Shown here: in pieces, positions 1 through 10,575 of the stretch
Layout: each line of letters opens with the position of its first letter
How positions within the stretch are numbered: the stretch's first letter is position 1
Assembly: GCA_973895155.1 (NCBI GenBank)
Contig: OZ316891.1
Coordinates: forward strand, 2,989,801 to 3,053,800
DNA: 64,000 bases
Reading direction: 5' to 3'
Origin: Marsupella aquatica
Taxonomy: Eukaryota > Plantae > Marchantiophyta
Notes under the pieces: model-generated
The model's input: only the letters and a program-made list of their open reading frames with translations
The model's database searches: none
What the model was told of the DNA's origin: nothing
Made by a program: the position numbers and the translations under genes

Positions 1-254
1 TGGAATTCTTCTCCGATCTGTATTGGGACTCCTTTAACTCTTCCCCAAAGATTAATGATTCGTCCATCGATTGATATCTGAGCAGATATCGGTTGTACTT
101 CTTGATGAACAAATTGCTGGCACAGTCTGTGGGAGAGGAAATTAATTCGAGAGCCTGGATCAATAACAAAGTGTTGAATAGCATGTCCTCCCAGTTTGAT
201 CTTGCCTTCAAAGGAATGTTGGAAAGCACGGGGTAAAGAATTCCAACAATCCAT
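1..254 (-). CDS. Second retropepsin-like aspartic protease ORF, open to the window edge (not in the ORF track)
   Basis: Hand translation from ATG at 254: MDCWNSLPRAFQHSFEGKIKLGGHAIQHFVIDPGSRINFLSHRLCQQFVHQEVQPISAQISIDGRIINLWGRVKGVPIQIGEEF. It has an active-site-like VIDPGSRINF and a flap-like DGRIINLWGRVKGVPIQIG. Confidence 0.7.
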   Translation of the reverse strand, partial: MDCWNSLPRAFQHSFEGKIKLGGHAIQHFVIDPGSRINFLSHRLCQQFVHQEVQPISAQISIDGRIINLWGRVKGVPIQIGEEF

Positions 255-394
255 AGTAGCTTTGATGTCCACATGAGCAGATAAATATCAATTCGAAGGA
301 GAAAGAAGGAAACAATTGCAGGATGCTGCAAAAGTAACGGCTTATATACATATAAATGACAACACCGTTTGATATCTCTCATAAATGGTGTCCT

Positions 395-2968
395 TCAAAT
401 CTGTGTCCTAGATAAAACACCTTGAATAATCACATCCGGATAAGAAGGAATAATAGGTAGGAACGCTAAACACCTAAGCGACTTGAACCCTTGGGAAGCC
501 GGTAGCATACATTGTTTTGTAATCAACTGCTCCCTTAGCTTAACAAGCTTCTTCTCATATTTAATTGGAATAGCAAACCCACCAGGACAAACCCAAACAT
601 AGTATGGATAGGGCCATGGAATTTCCGGCACAAGGGGCGGAAATGGAGCTTGAGCTCGTCGAAGCATATACACCCAACACCAAATTTCGAACTCCGAAAA
701 CTTATGTCGTCTGTCCTTATCAATGGGAGGAACCGCCTTCCCAGGTTCATATGTGCAAATCAAACTACGAATCCTCGGATGGGATGTCATTGGCAAAATC
801 TGCTGCTGCTGCAAAATGCTCTCCATCTCCAGATGTCGAAAAGCTACTCGAAAATGTTTCTTCTCCCACCTGTGAATTGAAGCCAAATTAGGGATAGGAT
901 TTCGGGGTGGCAAATCCACTGTATGCCGAAGTCGAGGAGGTACTCTGATAATGCGAGGGTCTTCGTCTTCTTCTCCATCACTTGGTGCTCCTATCCAACG
1001 GAAAATTACATCTGGCATAGCGGAAGGAATCACTGACTCCTTAACTGGTCGAATTGGCAATGTAACAGGAGACGAAGGAGCAGAAGGTTCGGGCTCCAGT
1101 GGTTCAAATTCTTCTCTTGCAACAGTAGCTGGTTGATCTGCAGTGGGATGCATTGGTACTAAAACAGGAAGTTCTTCTTTAAAATTATCGCTAGGTAAAG
1201 AGACTTCCTGGTTAGTTCGATCTGCCAAAAGTACAGGAAGGGGTAGCTCGTCTGTTCCGATAGGTGCTTCTCCCTGTTCAAAATCCTGGGAAGATGCTTC
1301 AGGAAAGATCTGTCGACTGATAGCATGGCGCAACCGTTTCCAAGATTTTCGAGTATACGTCACTGAAAACTCCTCCCGAATGTTTTTATCCTCGTTTGTA
1401 GCCAATGAAACTGGTGCTGAGCTGGTTGTCGAAGCGGGTGTCTCGGGTACCAATATGGGTACAGATATACCCATATTACCAGATACCTGATTGCGACTCG
1501 GAAAACCAGCAGAGCCTCCTTCAATCAACTCATCTTCAGGAGAAACCCATTTTACAGGCGGAAATGAAGGAGCTCCTATCGCGGCTATTGCCTCATCTAA
1601 TTCCTTAGTTATATCCAAAGGAATCGATATGAGTGAACCAGGTGTAGACCAGGCAGGGTATCTTGCGACAGATTGGGGAGAAGTCACTGGTTCACCTACT
1701 TCGTCTATATCCACAATTGCATCCTCCGAATCAACTTTAACCAGCTTCACAATTTCTGAGCTTAATATTTCTGACTCCTGGACCAGAGGGATTTCACCTA
1801 TATTTGGGCTAGAACTAAGAGAGTCGGACGAATCATACTCCTGTAAAGCCTGCAAAGCATCACTATTTGCCTCTATGGGAACCAAAACAGGGGTAGAAGT
1901 AAATCCATCATACTCGTCCTCAGCAGTAGAATGTTGAAGAGGTTCCCCTGAAAAACCTTCTTCATCCACCCTCACCTCATCTTCAACATTCATCCGAGAA
2001 GTAGAATTATCCTGATCAACATCATAAATAGGCTCGGCAGCACAAGGTGAACACGAGAGTCGAGGTGACATAGAATGCTCCAACCCTGTTGGCATTGCTG
2101 AAGGAACATCTTCGGCAACTTGAGCCTCTCTTGGTTGGTGAAGAATCGGATCGTCACTCCCTTCAGCTGATGCTCTTGTCTCTTTCAATTTCCGAACTTC
2201 ACCCACCAGTTCAGGTTCCTCACAGTCGAGTATTGCACATAGCTCTACCACTGTGGAATTGGCTCGGACTTCTCGTACTTCAGGCATATAATTTGCTTCA
2301 CCGGTAGATGCTCTCTGATTGTTGCGATAAAAATCTTTTTCCAAGACAAGCAGACAGTCATACTTATGGTAAATGTGAGCTAAATAAGGGGCCAAGTAGG
2401 TACACCTTATTTTCCCCGTTTTCAGCCTGCTACGAAATTTTTTGACCTGAGTATGAATTACTCGGTGCAAAACCTTCGTCCAATTGATAGACTGCGTCTG
2501 TTCTAATGAACAGATCACCGTTGCAGTGAACGAAAGAGTGATGCGCGTCTGGCTTTCTGGGTAGAAAATTGGTGCCAGAAATCAAAATAGACGCTGCAGA
2601 GAATTATCTAAGCAGTCCGCCGCTAGCCATCCATTCCGCCTCTTGAAAGATCCTGGAGCGAAGAAGGATTCTACATAAACCCGAGGCTCACAATCAACCC
2701 TCTGTAAATCCTCGCCCTCCATCGGCGTCGAATAGACCTTCGCTATGAGCGCTTCAGTCCAAACACTGGGACGCGAGCGCACACCAATCCTTTCTTCAGC
2801 GTCCCAGACACCTTGATCGATAAGGCTGAATTCGCAAATCTTCCAAGGAAGTTGAAGCAGCTTCTTCAAGCCCATTTTTGCCAGAGCCGTCTTCAACTGC
2901 CGCCTATGCACTGCATTCGATGGAATGTCTGCGAGTATTGGTCGCGTCGTCAGCTCAGTCTCCGCCAT
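395..2968 (-). pseudogene. Gypsy 3' extra ORF (~857 codons; PMD/'plant transposon protein'-like N-terminus, acidic low-complexity middle, conserved W/P-rich C-terminal motif) with one in-frame stop
   Basis: ORFs 2582-2968 and 395-2518 share a frame and read through one TGA at 2582-2584 (RLF*FLAPIFYPESQ...). Motifs GLKKLLQLPW, INWTKV, YLAPYLAHIY and WCWVY...PFP..PEIPWP..YVW have counterparts in the ORF at 12017-13839. Confidence 0.75.
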
Positions 2969-3176
2969 CGCGTGACTTGTTAGCTCCGTAAGCTCAGTGA
3001 GAATCGTGTTCCATAGTGAACTAGGGCGAAGCGCGACTGCTTACTCCTCAGCGTCCCTTTGAGCTGTCGCAATCCGCCATTGTACAAGACGCCTAGTCAT
3101 CGGCTCACAGCGTCTCATGCAACTGAACTAATACAAAAGCGGACCTCTGCACAACACGTCCTTTGTAAACTAAGTG

Positions 3177-3222
3177 GACGCTTCCCCAGCGTCGAGTTAC
3201 AATGGACGCTTTTCACAGCGTC
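3177..3222. repeat. GACGCT-N5/6-AGCGTC palindrome cluster upstream of the extra ORF
   Basis: gacgcttccccagcgtc (3177) and gacgcttttcacagcgtc (3205), with degenerate copies at ~3036-3115. Confidence 0.8.
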
Positions 3223-3357
3223 CAATGTAAAAACTGAAAGTAACTAAAAAAAATAAAAAATAAAAATATGCCGAATACTTACTAGGGAGGGTCACTAATT
3301 CTAACTAAGTATAACTACCGCCCTCCACTTAAATTGCAACCTGTCCCAGGTGGAATT

Positions 3358-6330
3358 CTAAATGGAAGACTCATAGTACCGTTTAATCCTAAACCCATTG
3401 ATTCTAGTGTTAAGTGGGTGACCATCTAAGGTAGTCAATGAAACTGAACCATTATCCCAGATGTGTGTAACTCGGTAAGGACCAATCCAATGAGTATGAA
3501 GTTTCCCAGGAAATAGCATATAACGAGAATCAAAGACTAATGCTAAATCACCAACATCTAACTGCACTACGCGCAGCTTCTTATCATAAGCAAGTTTACG
3601 CTGGTTCTGAATGGTGACTGTATGGTCTAATGCTAAAAGTCTAACTTCTTCTAATTTAACAATATTGGAAAACCGATGTGAGAGACTATCTGAAGGAGAG
3701 AGTCGGTGTGGTACCAAGATACGTTCCGTTGGTAACGAAAATTCTATTGGAATAATACTATTCAGGCCATAGGTCAGATAGAAGGGGGTGTGAAGAGTTG
3801 TAATCTTCTCAGCGGTGCGGTAAGCCCATAATGCAGAATGGAGCTTCACATCCCAATCTGTCTTGTGAGATTCTACCATTTTATTCAGAATCTTGCCCAT
3901 AATGCCATTAGCTCTCTCGGTTAAGCCATTAGCTCGGGGGTTGTAAGGAGTAGTTTTGCGATGCTTGATAAGATAAAGGTCAGTGATTAACTCAATAGTT
4001 GAGTTAAGAAAATGCAAACCCCTATCGCTTACCAACTCCAAAGGACAACCAAACCGGGTGATAATGTGCTCAAAGAGAAATGCAGCTGCGGTTATAGCAT
4101 CATTCTTGCGAGTAGCTTTCGCCTCTACCCATTTGGTGGCATAATCAGTGGCCAGAATAATATATTTGCTTCGGCTTTTCCGAGCTGCTGGAGAAATTGG
4201 GCCAATAAAATCAATCCCCCATTTCTCAAATGGTGCCAACGGAAGGATAGGCGTAAGAGGCCATTTGGAACTAGCAGTGGGCTTCCCGATCCTTTGACAG
4301 GGATCACAGGTCTTAATAAAATTGTAAGTATCTCGATGCATAGTAGGCCACCAGTATCCAGCATCCAAAATTTTCTTAACTGTGGTATTCACAGCATAAT
4401 GCCCACCGGTTTCTCCTGAATGTAAAGCTTCAATTACTTGGGGAAGTTCCCTATCCTCTAGACAACGTCGCAATTGTTGATCAGGACCTTGTTTAAACAA
4501 AGTGCCCCGAATAATGGTATAGGGACCCACCTTATGAGCAAAGACAGCTCGTTCTTCCGCATTAAAGCCTTCAGGGAACGTTCCATGAAGCAGCATGTGC
4601 ACAATATTAAAATATCGAGAAGACTCCCCTTCAATGTGCCACAAATGCTCGTCAGGAAATTCATCGGAGAGATTATGCTGATTCTCCGGACCAGGTAACC
4701 GAGATAGGAAGTCTGCATTCTCATGATGTTTGCCAGGTCGGACATGAACTTCATAATCAAATTCTTGGAGTGGTAAAACCCAGCGGGCTACTCGTCCTGA
4801 GAGATCCACTTGGTTAACCAAATATTTTAAGGAATTATGATCAGTGTGAAAAGTAACCTGATACCCCAACAAATAGTGACGAAATTTCTTACACGCAAAG
4901 ACGATGGCCAAAGCTTCCCGTTCAGTGACGGAGTAGTTTTTCTCGGCTGCACTCATTTGGCGGCTGGCATAGTAAATTGGATGGTCACGGTTTTCCACAT
5001 CCTTCTGACTGAGATTAGCTCCAATGCAGAACGCAGAAGAGTCAATGAAGACATGAAACTTCTTAGTCCAATTTGGGGGTGACAAAATAGGTGCAGAGAT
5101 TAACCGATCCTTGAGCAACTGGAATGCTTGCTGCCGCTCCTCATTCCATGTATATTCCACATCACTTTTTAACAGTTGGGTTAAGGGTAAGGCAATATTA
5201 GCATGTTTATAAATGAACCGACGATAATACCCCACATGTCCCAGAAAAGCACGAAGCTGCTTTAAATCGGTCGGTGGTTGCAACTCCATAATTACTCTAA
5301 CCTTCTCTGTATCAACCTCAATGCCGCGTTGTGAAATAACATGGCCTAACAAAATTCCCTCCTTCATACCAATAAAGCACTTTTCTGGATGAAGACACAA
5401 CTGAGCCTCTCTACACTTCTGAAATGTCTTCTCCAAATGGACGAGGTGTTCAGCCGCTGACCCGTAAACACAAAAGTCGTCAATAAAAATCTCCATGAAA
5501 TGCCGCAAATATTCTTGAAAAATAATCATCATAATGCGCTGAAAAGTACCCGGGGCATTACACAGCCCAAAAGGCATCATGGTAAATGCATATGTACCCC
5601 AGTCGGTGGTGAACGTAGTCTTGTCGCGATCCTCCTTCCGAATGGACACCTGGTTATAACCAGAGTACCCATCTAAAAAACTGTATAACTCATGCAAGGC
5701 CACTGAATCAAGTACCAGATCAATAAATGGCAAAGGATAATGATCTTTCCGAGTGGCAGCATTCAACTTCCGGAAGTCTTGACAAACGCGAATTTTCGTT
5801 TTACCATCGGGTCCCGGCTTTTTGGGGACAATGACAATTGGTGAGACCCATTCACTACTCAAGACCGGGTAGATAAATCCAGCAGTCGTGAGCTTGTCCA
5901 ACTCGTCTTTAACCAGGATGGAATATTTGGGATTCAAACGGTACTGTCTCTGTCGGACAGGTACTGCTCCTTCCATAAGGTCAATACGATGTTCGCCCAA
6001 ATGTGGATGGATACCTTTTAAATCAGAATGACTCCAGGCAAAGACATCTTTATACTGGGTTAATAAACTGATATACTGTTCCCGTAGCTCTCCTTCGATA
6101 TGCTTACCAATATTCAAAAACTTGCCTGGCTCAATTTCGATTTTCTGACAAGCTTTTGGATCCACAATTCCATCCGTGAGGTTTGCCGGCTGAAGTCCAA
6201 GTTTGGATACTTCTGGTGCAAATGGCTCAAGGGTAGCTGACACTCCCATATCATGGTGTAAATCCCTATTAGCCTCAGTATTAGGAGGTTCGTCTGCTGC
6301 TGGGCCCACTTCCGATGATGAAGTTAATTG
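3358..6330 (-). CDS. pol: Pol: reverse transcriptase, RNase H, integrase
   Basis: RT motifs YPLP, LDGYSGYNQ, MPFGL, FIDDF. RNase H motifs DSS..EREALA..TDH..ADFLSR. Integrase HHCC (HSGETGGH..CDPC), GIDFIGP, SDRG, NGLTER, GPY. The frame is uninterrupted and continuous with gag across the TGA at 6331-6333. Confidence 0.97.
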   Translation of the reverse strand, partial: QLTSSSEVGPAADEPPNTEANRDLHHDMGVSATLEPFAPEVSKLGLQPANLTDGIVDPKACQKIEIEPGKFLNIGKHIEGELREQYISLLTQYKDVFAWSHSDLKGIHPHLGEHRIDLMEGAVPVRQRQYRLNPKYSILVKDELDKLTTAGFIYPVLSSEWVSPIVIVPKKPGPDGKTKIRVCQDFRKLNAATRKDHYPLPFIDLVLDSVALHELYSFLDGYSGYNQVSIRKEDRDKTTFTTDWGTYAFTMMPFGLCNAPGTFQRIMMIIFQEYLRHFMEIFIDDFCVYGSAAEHLVHLEKTFQKCREAQLCLHPEKCFIGMKEGILLGHVISQRGIEVDTEKVRVIMELQPPTDLKQLRAFLGHVGYYRRFIYKHANIALPLTQLLKSDVEYTWNEERQQAFQLLKDRLISAPILSPPNWTKKFHVFIDSSAFCIGANLSQKDVENRDHPIYYASRQMSAAEKNYSVTEREALAIVFACKKFRHYLLGYQVTFHTDHNSLKYLVNQVDLSGRVARWVLPLQEFDYEVHVRPGKHHENADFLSRLPGPENQHNLSDEFPDEHLWHIEGESSRYFNIVHMLLHGTFPEGFNAEERAVFAHKVGPYTIIRGTLFKQGPDQQLRRCLEDRELPQVIEALHSGETGGHYAVNTTVKKILDAGYWWPTMHRDTYNFIKTCDPCQRIGKPTASSKWPLTPILPLAPFEKWGIDFIGPISPAARKSRSKYIILATDYATKWVEAKATRKNDAITAAAFLFEHIITRFGCPLELVSDRGLHFLNSTIELITDLYLIKHRKTTPYNPRANGLTERANGIMGKILNKMVESHKTDWDVKLHSALWAYRTAEKITTLHTPFYLTYGLNSIIPIEFSLPTERILVPHRLSPSDSLSHRFSNIVKLEEVRLLALDHTVTIQNQRKLAYDKKLRVVQLDVGDLALVFDSRYMLFPGKLHTHWIGPYRVTHIWDNGSVSLTTLDGHPLNTRINGFRIKRYYESSI

Positions 6331-6333
6331 TCA
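6325..6333 (-). promoter_or_regulatory. Putative stop-codon readthrough signal UGA-CAA-UUA
   Basis: Minus strand reads ...CCC TCC TGA CAA TTA ACT TCA TCA TCG GAA GTG GGC CCA..., matching the stop-CAR-YYA consensus. Gag and pol are in the same frame. Confidence 0.8.
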
Positions 6334-9300
6334 GGAGGGCCTAGTTGGTTTTATGGGAGCATCAGACAGATAAACTTCCAAGTAACGAACTTCCTCCAGT
6401 TCAAATTCCAATGGCTGCAGGACTAGCGAAGAGGTCGAAAAATCCGAGGTGTACCCATCATCTGTTTGTGTTTCTCCAAAATGTGGTTCCGGAACCCAAC
6501 TAACAGTCACCTTAGGCTTCCCAAATGAAAGCTCTTGAGATTGCCAATTAACCTGAACTTGAGCCTTATACAACCATGGTCGGCCTAACAAAACAGGAAA
6601 GCTGGATGGTATTTCCGGATTAATAACCACATAATCCAACAGAAAAGGGACACTAGCAATCAAAGTTTCTACTTTGGTCAGCTTCCCTATGGGTACCACA
6701 CGAGACTGATCCGCCATGCGCAAAATCTTGGGAGTGGGCTCAAACTTAGTGAAACCCAAATTAAATGCTGCTGACTGTGTAATCAGATTAACGCTGGCTC
6801 CTCCATCCACAGGAACTCTCCGAATGACACACCCCTGGATTTGAACCTCAATTTCCATCGGTCCTTTGTCCTCCCACTCTGTTCGTAGCACATCCACAGA
6901 AGGTAACTTCTTCTTCCTCCGTTTTCCTGCAAGGAGGCTCCTCAGCTGTCGCCTATAAACCGGATTGTCCTGTAATAATTCCCCAATGGTGATATGTGCA
7001 GGATGATTCTTGACATCTTCAACAATATCATAACCTGGATTTTTCAGTGGCTCTTTAGCTTTGACTACTACTGGTGGGTTAGGAGATTGCACTTGCTCCT
7101 TAACTAGCTCTTCCAGATGGTCTTTCACTTCCAAAGAGATGTCGGGCAAGAAGTATTTTGGGTCATATCGGTCATAAGCAGGGTAGTCTTCTTTGTCGAG
7201 GCCTTCCTTACATGGCTTGCGCCCTTCATCCTTGGGAGCTTTCGCGACCTTCTGATGCTCGTGCTTCTTGGTCTCCTTTTTCTTCGAACGAGTAGTTGCG
7301 TAAATATTAGTCAGAACTTTATCCCGATTCTGAACTCGATCATTCGGCATACCAACTACTTCAGGTTTCACTAAATGACTTACCAAGACATCAGGCACCA
7401 CCCCGGATACTGGTTGATGAAAAAGTGAATCTGGCTTTAATTCCACCCGATTTACATCCATATGTTGAATGAAGCTGCATTGCTCCATCTCTTCAGAATA
7501 AACCATCCGAATCTTGGCTTCAGGTCGACTTGCTTCTTTAACTGGCTCTTGAGCAAATCGAACCATCAGCCTAGGCTTAGCCGGATTCGGGCATTCCACC
7601 GGTAAGTGTCCTTCTTTTCCACAGTTCCCACAGACAGGTGTATACCCCACCTCCTGTTTGGGATAAGGGCACTGGGGTGAATAATGATCAGGTTGGCCAC
7701 AATTCCAACAAGCCCCTTTTTGACGCGGCATTCCTCGTGGTGGGTATCCTCCCGGGGGTCCCATGGGTGGTCTTGACGTTGGTTTATTGAAAGTGGGCTT
7801 AGGTGGTCCCCAAGTCGGTCTGGAAGCAGGAGGTGGTGGGAAATACTGTCCAGGGGGTGCTGTTTGGACGGTATACGCGGGATCGTACTCATACTCCTCA
7901 GCCTCTTCTTGACCATCTACATAATTCACCGAGGTTCGTAATGTGGGGCACTCGTTCGGGTAATGGCCCTGCTGACTGCATCGGGTGCACCATACGTTCA
8001 TTCTCATGGGAGCAGGCAACCTTCGTACTGGTTTTACCGCGGCGATATTGACATTCAACTTGGACAATTGGCCAGAGAGTTCTTCCATCATGCGATCCAT
8101 CTTCTTCTGGTTGGGAACTTTATTATTCCCTTTTACAGAGGATTTCTTCTTTTTAGGAGCAACGGATTCTGAGTCGGAACTTGAGCTTGAACTATCACTA
8201 GTGCTCGAATTTGTACTCTCGTCCTCCTCACTAGTGCTACTTTCACTTGATTCCGTCTCCGAGTCAGATTTAGACCTGGACGTTTTCTTCTTCTTTCTTT
8301 TGTCTTTCTTCAGGTCCTTCTTAACTCGTTTTCTCTCTGAAATCTCCGAGTCTACGTACTTCTGGGCTGCCTCTTGTACTTCTTCCAAAGTGGTGCCACC
8401 TTCTCGTCTCACGTAACGAGCAATCCTGGAGGGTAAACCGTTAATAAACCAGTCCTTGATAGTAGATTTCGAGGTAGCTGGATTATATTGATCTACCAAA
8501 TCCAATAATTTGTCGGCATATTTCCTCACAGACCCATGTTTCTTCATGTGCAGATGTGAGATTCGGGCAAAGGCACGCGCAGCTGCTCCTTCTTTATATT
8601 TGGCCAAGAAAGCAGCCTTCAATTTCCCCCAATCCTGCTTGTCCGGAAAACGGTCATACCATTTCTGAGCACCCTTTTTCATTAGACCACCAAACAGATT
8701 GGCTTTTTCAGCGTCTTGACTCTGTCCATTGGATGCAGCTGCAGCTTCAAATTCTTTCAAATACACCTCTGCATCCTCCTTGGAAGTACCGAAGAACCGG
8801 TCGTACCTCACATTATTTCGAGCCATCGTGGTTGGAGCTAGGAGGGTAACGAAAGGAAGAGCTGATCGGGTAGCAAATGGGTTTGGGCTGCCCAAGCCTG
8901 AACTGCTGCTTGTCTCACTAGAAGACGAACCACCGGCTTCACTCAGTGGTTCTGGATTATCCAATTGTGAAAGATCGACAGAATTATCTTGGGCCAGCGA
9001 TTCTGCAACTGTATTCTCGGGCAAACCCAAATTTCTTCCTTCGGTATGAGATAAGGCCCTCTCAGTGGTACTATCCACACCAGAGTCAATTTGGTTCACC
9101 GAACGTACTGTCTGCTGGCGGAGCTTGGTCTTTTGAGAACCAATAAGTTTTGGACCTGAACGAAGATTTACAAACAGGGGTCGGGTCGACGTGGGCCTTT
9201 CCAAAGAGCCACTTGCCTCTTGAATAGATCCCACTTGTTTCCACACACTACCCGGTGCAGGTGCTCCTGGTGATTGGAATTCGGGTAACAATGTGCGAGG

Positions 9301-9381
9301 GGTCACTACTAATTTTGCAGCATCCGAATTACTGGAGGTCTTGGTAGGTTTTCTTTTATTCGGTGGATCTCCCTCAGACAT
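6331..9381 (-). CDS. gag: Gag-protease polyprotein
   Basis: Capsid-like region (FFGTSKEDAEVYLKEFE..AQKWY..FINGLP), three CCHC knuckles (CTRCSQQGHYPNEC, CWNCGQPDHYSPQC, CGNCGKEGHLPVEC), and protease motifs VDGGASVNLI and LLGRPWL. Confidence 0.95.
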   Translation of the reverse strand: MSEGDPPNKRKPTKTSSNSDAAKLVVTPRTLLPEFQSPGAPAPGSVWKQVGSIQEASGSLERPTSTRPLFVNLRSGPKLIGSQKTKLRQQTVRSVNQIDSGVDSTTERALSHTEGRNLGLPENTVAESLAQDNSVDLSQLDNPEPLSEAGGSSSSETSSSSGLGSPNPFATRSALPFVTLLAPTTMARNNVRYDRFFGTSKEDAEVYLKEFEAAAASNGQSQDAEKANLFGGLMKKGAQKWYDRFPDKQDWGKLKAAFLAKYKEGAAARAFARISHLHMKKHGSVRKYADKLLDLVDQYNPATSKSTIKDWFINGLPSRIARYVRREGGTTLEEVQEAAQKYVDSEISERKRVKKDLKKDKRKKKKTSRSKSDSETESSESSTSEEDESTNSSTSDSSSSSSDSESVAPKKKKSSVKGNNKVPNQKKMDRMMEELSGQLSKLNVNIAAVKPVRRLPAPMRMNVWCTRCSQQGHYPNECPTLRTSVNYVDGQEEAEEYEYDPAYTVQTAPPGQYFPPPPASRPTWGPPKPTFNKPTSRPPMGPPGGYPPRGMPRQKGACWNCGQPDHYSPQCPYPKQEVGYTPVCGNCGKEGHLPVECPNPAKPRLMVRFAQEPVKEASRPEAKIRMVYSEEMEQCSFIQHMDVNRVELKPDSLFHQPVSGVVPDVLVSHLVKPEVVGMPNDRVQNRDKVLTNIYATTRSKKKETKKHEHQKVAKAPKDEGRKPCKEGLDKEDYPAYDRYDPKYFLPDISLEVKDHLEELVKEQVQSPNPPVVVKAKEPLKNPGYDIVEDVKNHPAHITIGELLQDNPVYRRQLRSLLAGKRRKKKLPSVDVLRTEWEDKGPMEIEVQIQGCVIRRVPVDGGASVNLITQSAAFNLGFTKFEPTPKILRMADQSRVVPIGKLTKVETLIASVPFLLDYVVINPEIPSSFPVLLGRPWLYKAQVQVNWQSQELSFGKPKVTVSWVPEPHFGETQTDDGYTSDFSTSSLVLQPLEFELEEVRYLEVYLSDAPIKPTRPS

Positions 9382-9699
9382 CCCTCATTCTCCAAGCACG
9401 GGTGATTTTGAGACACCAGACCCGCTCCTCAGGAGTCTTTATGCAAGGAGTCACCATTTAGGTGCGACGTTATCACCCCACTCCGGGAGATATGAACCTG
9501 CTTCCTCAAAGTGACTTCCCGTAGCGTCGTTCAACATCCCTTGCATGATTCCTCCCCCTTGCTATCCCGTAGCTAATACTTCCCTTCAGTGACCAGCCGA
9601 GATTCTAAAACCTCGTTTTCTCTGGTGCGTCCTTCAGGTTGAGATGCGGAAAGGCACACCAGAAGCGTCGCGCACGTTGGTTCGTCACAGATTCCACCG

Positions 9700-9799
9700 G
9701 ACGCTGCTCACAGCGTCCACTGGGATCGGACGCTACTCGAAGCGTCCTGACTTGCGGAATCTTCTGGGACGAATCGCATTGGACGCTCTTCGCGGCGTC
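9700..9799. repeat. GACGCT-N6-AGCGTC palindrome cluster in the 5' leader upstream of gag
   Basis: gacgctgctcacagcgtc (9700), gacgctactcgaagcgtc (9729), gacgctcttcgcggcgtc (9782). Confidence 0.8.
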
Positions 9800-10575
9800 C
9801 TTCCTTATCTCCTTTACGGTGGCGATTACTGGAACCGGGCGTTCCCCATAATCTCCGACTTCCTTCACCCTGAAATTTCTTTACCACATGGTACGCTACA
9901 CTAGGCCATCCTACTAATCAGACGTCTAACTCCTTCCTAATCTTCTACGCAATTCCTGGTGCATGATTCTTTCCGCTAACTCCCGAATGGAAATGACTAA
10001 ATATCTCTCCTGTGTGATCCTACCATTCAGCCTTAATATTACTAAATGCAAACTTTCATCTTCCCACCAGGTGATAGTTAACCAATGTATGCCATTCCTC
10101 CCTCTCAGGCTCAGAACCCAAGAATTAACATAACGATTCCTCAAATTCCTAATTCTTAATGTTCCCAAAGATCGGATAGGTGGCATCGGTCACACGAACC
10201 AGGATGGTTGGACAATTTTACAAATCATACGTCCCGAGCAACGTTAGAATAACTTCACTTGTCACTCAAAGTGTCTTTGGTGTCTTCGACTATCTCCAAA
10301 GCAACTTGACGAGCAACAGCTCCTCTCTGTGAGGCCTTTTCTGGTGGGAGGGCGGTTTCTTCTCTTAAGTTTGGCACCACAAATTTTTCCAATACTCTTA
10401 AGAGAGCTTCCGGGGCGCTTTGGATAGAGTACGGCATCACCTCGAAATGGAAGCTCTTCATCTTTTTAACTGGAGTGATGACGCATCTTCACAATTATAG
10501 TAGAATGTGAATTCCTCTCCCGTCTAGCTCCTTCTGGCATACACTGCCTGTACGTCAATTCAATCTTAAATTCGT

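Noticed and set aside
2579-2590. Second programmed readthrough site in the extra ORF
   Set aside because: The TGA is followed by TTT CTG, not CARYYA. A single nonsense mutation is the simpler reading.
3358-6309. Independent GTG-initiated pol gene as given in the ORF track
   Set aside because: The frame is open back to the gag stop at 6331, so the GTG start is an ORF-caller artefact.
535-9514. Numerous short ORFs overlapping gag, pol and the extra ORF, mostly on the + strand
   Set aside because: Antisense or alternate-frame shadows of real coding sequence with no motifs.
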